Source: Candidatus Rariloculaceae bacterium
GTDB lineage: Bacteria > Pseudomonadota > Gammaproteobacteria > Steroidobacterales > Rariloculaceae
Length of the DNA stretch: 64,000 nucleotides
NCBI GenBank assembly: GCA_045561025.1
Contig: JBJKYM010000021.1
Location: 4,312-68,311 of the forward strand
Direction of reading: 5' to 3'
The translations under genes were made by a program, and so were the position numbers. The notes beneath the pieces are model-generated. The model was not told where the DNA came from. It worked only from the letters and a program-made list of their open reading frames with translations, and did not search any database. Shown in pieces: positions 63,345 to 64,000 of this stretch (its first letter is position 1; the number at the start of each line of letters is the position of its first letter).

Positions 63345-64000
63345 TGAGGTGCCTGCATTAACTGGTCCAGGTTGAAAGTTAGTTTACGCAGCGATTGGAT
63401 GAACGGCTAGCTCCTCGATTGGCGTCAGTGTTTCCGGGGCGGGTGGTCGATAACCGAGCAAACTGTGCGGACGAATCGTGTTGTAGTGAACCCGCCATTG
63501 CTCGATCAGTACCTGCGCCTCTCTTAGCGTGTAGAAGAGTTTTCCATTCAACAGTTCATCTCTGAGCTTGCCGTTGAACGATTCACAGTAGCCATTCTCC
63601 CAGGGACTGCCAGGCGTGATGTAGACGGTCTGGGTGCCAAGCCGAGCTAACCAGGCTCTGAGTTTCTTCGCCACCATCTCCGGGCAGTTATCAGCACGAA
63701 TATGCTTCGGGATACCGTGAGTCTCCATTAGGTCAGCGAACACATCTATCGCATCCCTCGCTCGTATTCTCCGGGCAACATGAATGGCCAGGCACTGCCG
63801 AGTATATTCGTCGATCACCACCATTAGCTTGATCGAGCGACCGTCATCGGTGCGGTCAAAGACAAAATCCCACGACCAGACGTGGTTCGGTCTCTCGGGA
63901 CGTAGCCGCATACAGGAACCGTCGTTAAGCCAAAGTCGGCTGCGCTTAGGCTGTTTATGAGGAACCTTAAGCCCTTCACGTCGCCAGATACGCATCACTC
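63345..64000 (-). mobile_element. IS3-family insertion sequence, right part
   Basis: Candidate terminal inverted repeat begins TG at 63345 (TGAGGTGCCTGCATTAACTGGTCCAGGTTGAAAGTTAG); visibly lower GC; contains the transposase. Confidence 0.88.
63384..64000 (-). CDS. IS3-family transposase OrfB, integrase core (5' partial)
   Basis: [50 protein letters not shown]. Confidence 0.95.
   Translation of the reverse strand, partial: VMRIWRREGLKVPHKQPKRSRLWLNDGSCMRLRPERPNHVWSWDFVFDRTDDGRSIKLMVVIDEYTRQCLAIHVARRIRARDAIDVFADLMETHGIPKHIRADNCPEMVAKKLRAWLARLGTQTVYITPGSPWENGYCESFNGKLRDELLNGKLFYTLREAQVLIEQWRVHYNTIRPHSLLGYRPPAPETLTPIEELAVHPIAA

Overview
GC-rich bacterial DNA, most likely from a gammaproteobacterium (CysB, CysG, YdgA/DUF945, GTAG-type REPs). 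No rRNA, tRNA or CRISPR array was seen. The first ~20 kb is intact housekeeping DNA: trxA, a contiguous 11-gene tetrapyrrole operon (hemA-C-D-B-L, an embedded two-component system, hemE, a coproheme decarboxylase-like gene, an actinobacterial-type ferrochelatase and a flavin amine oxidase), then cysH/cysB/cysG/cysK. The remainder is accessory DNA rich in exported enzymes: five DUF6152-like HHS...NPH proteins, NHL propellers, MBL hydrolases, PhoD, an M20 peptidase, two Na+/solute symporters with small partner proteins, czcCBA, an ADP-ribosylglycohydrolase-transporter-ribokinase operon and an IS3 element. About nine genes there are broken. Three leads stand out. (1) A His-rich leader ending in RPPLRAPP sits upstream of czcC, and its stop-codon region base-pairs with the czcC Shine-Dalgarno in a multibranch RNA, a candidate metal-sensing ribosome-stalling switch. 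(2) An apparently coproporphyrin-dependent heme pathway in a diderm, where a monoamine-oxidase-type flavoprotein occupies the place of the missing coproporphyrinogen oxidase. (3) An operon coupling N-terminal His-His DUF6152-like proteins to a minimal heme-type PepSY-TM membrane protein. All family calls come from motif recognition by eye; no database searches were run.
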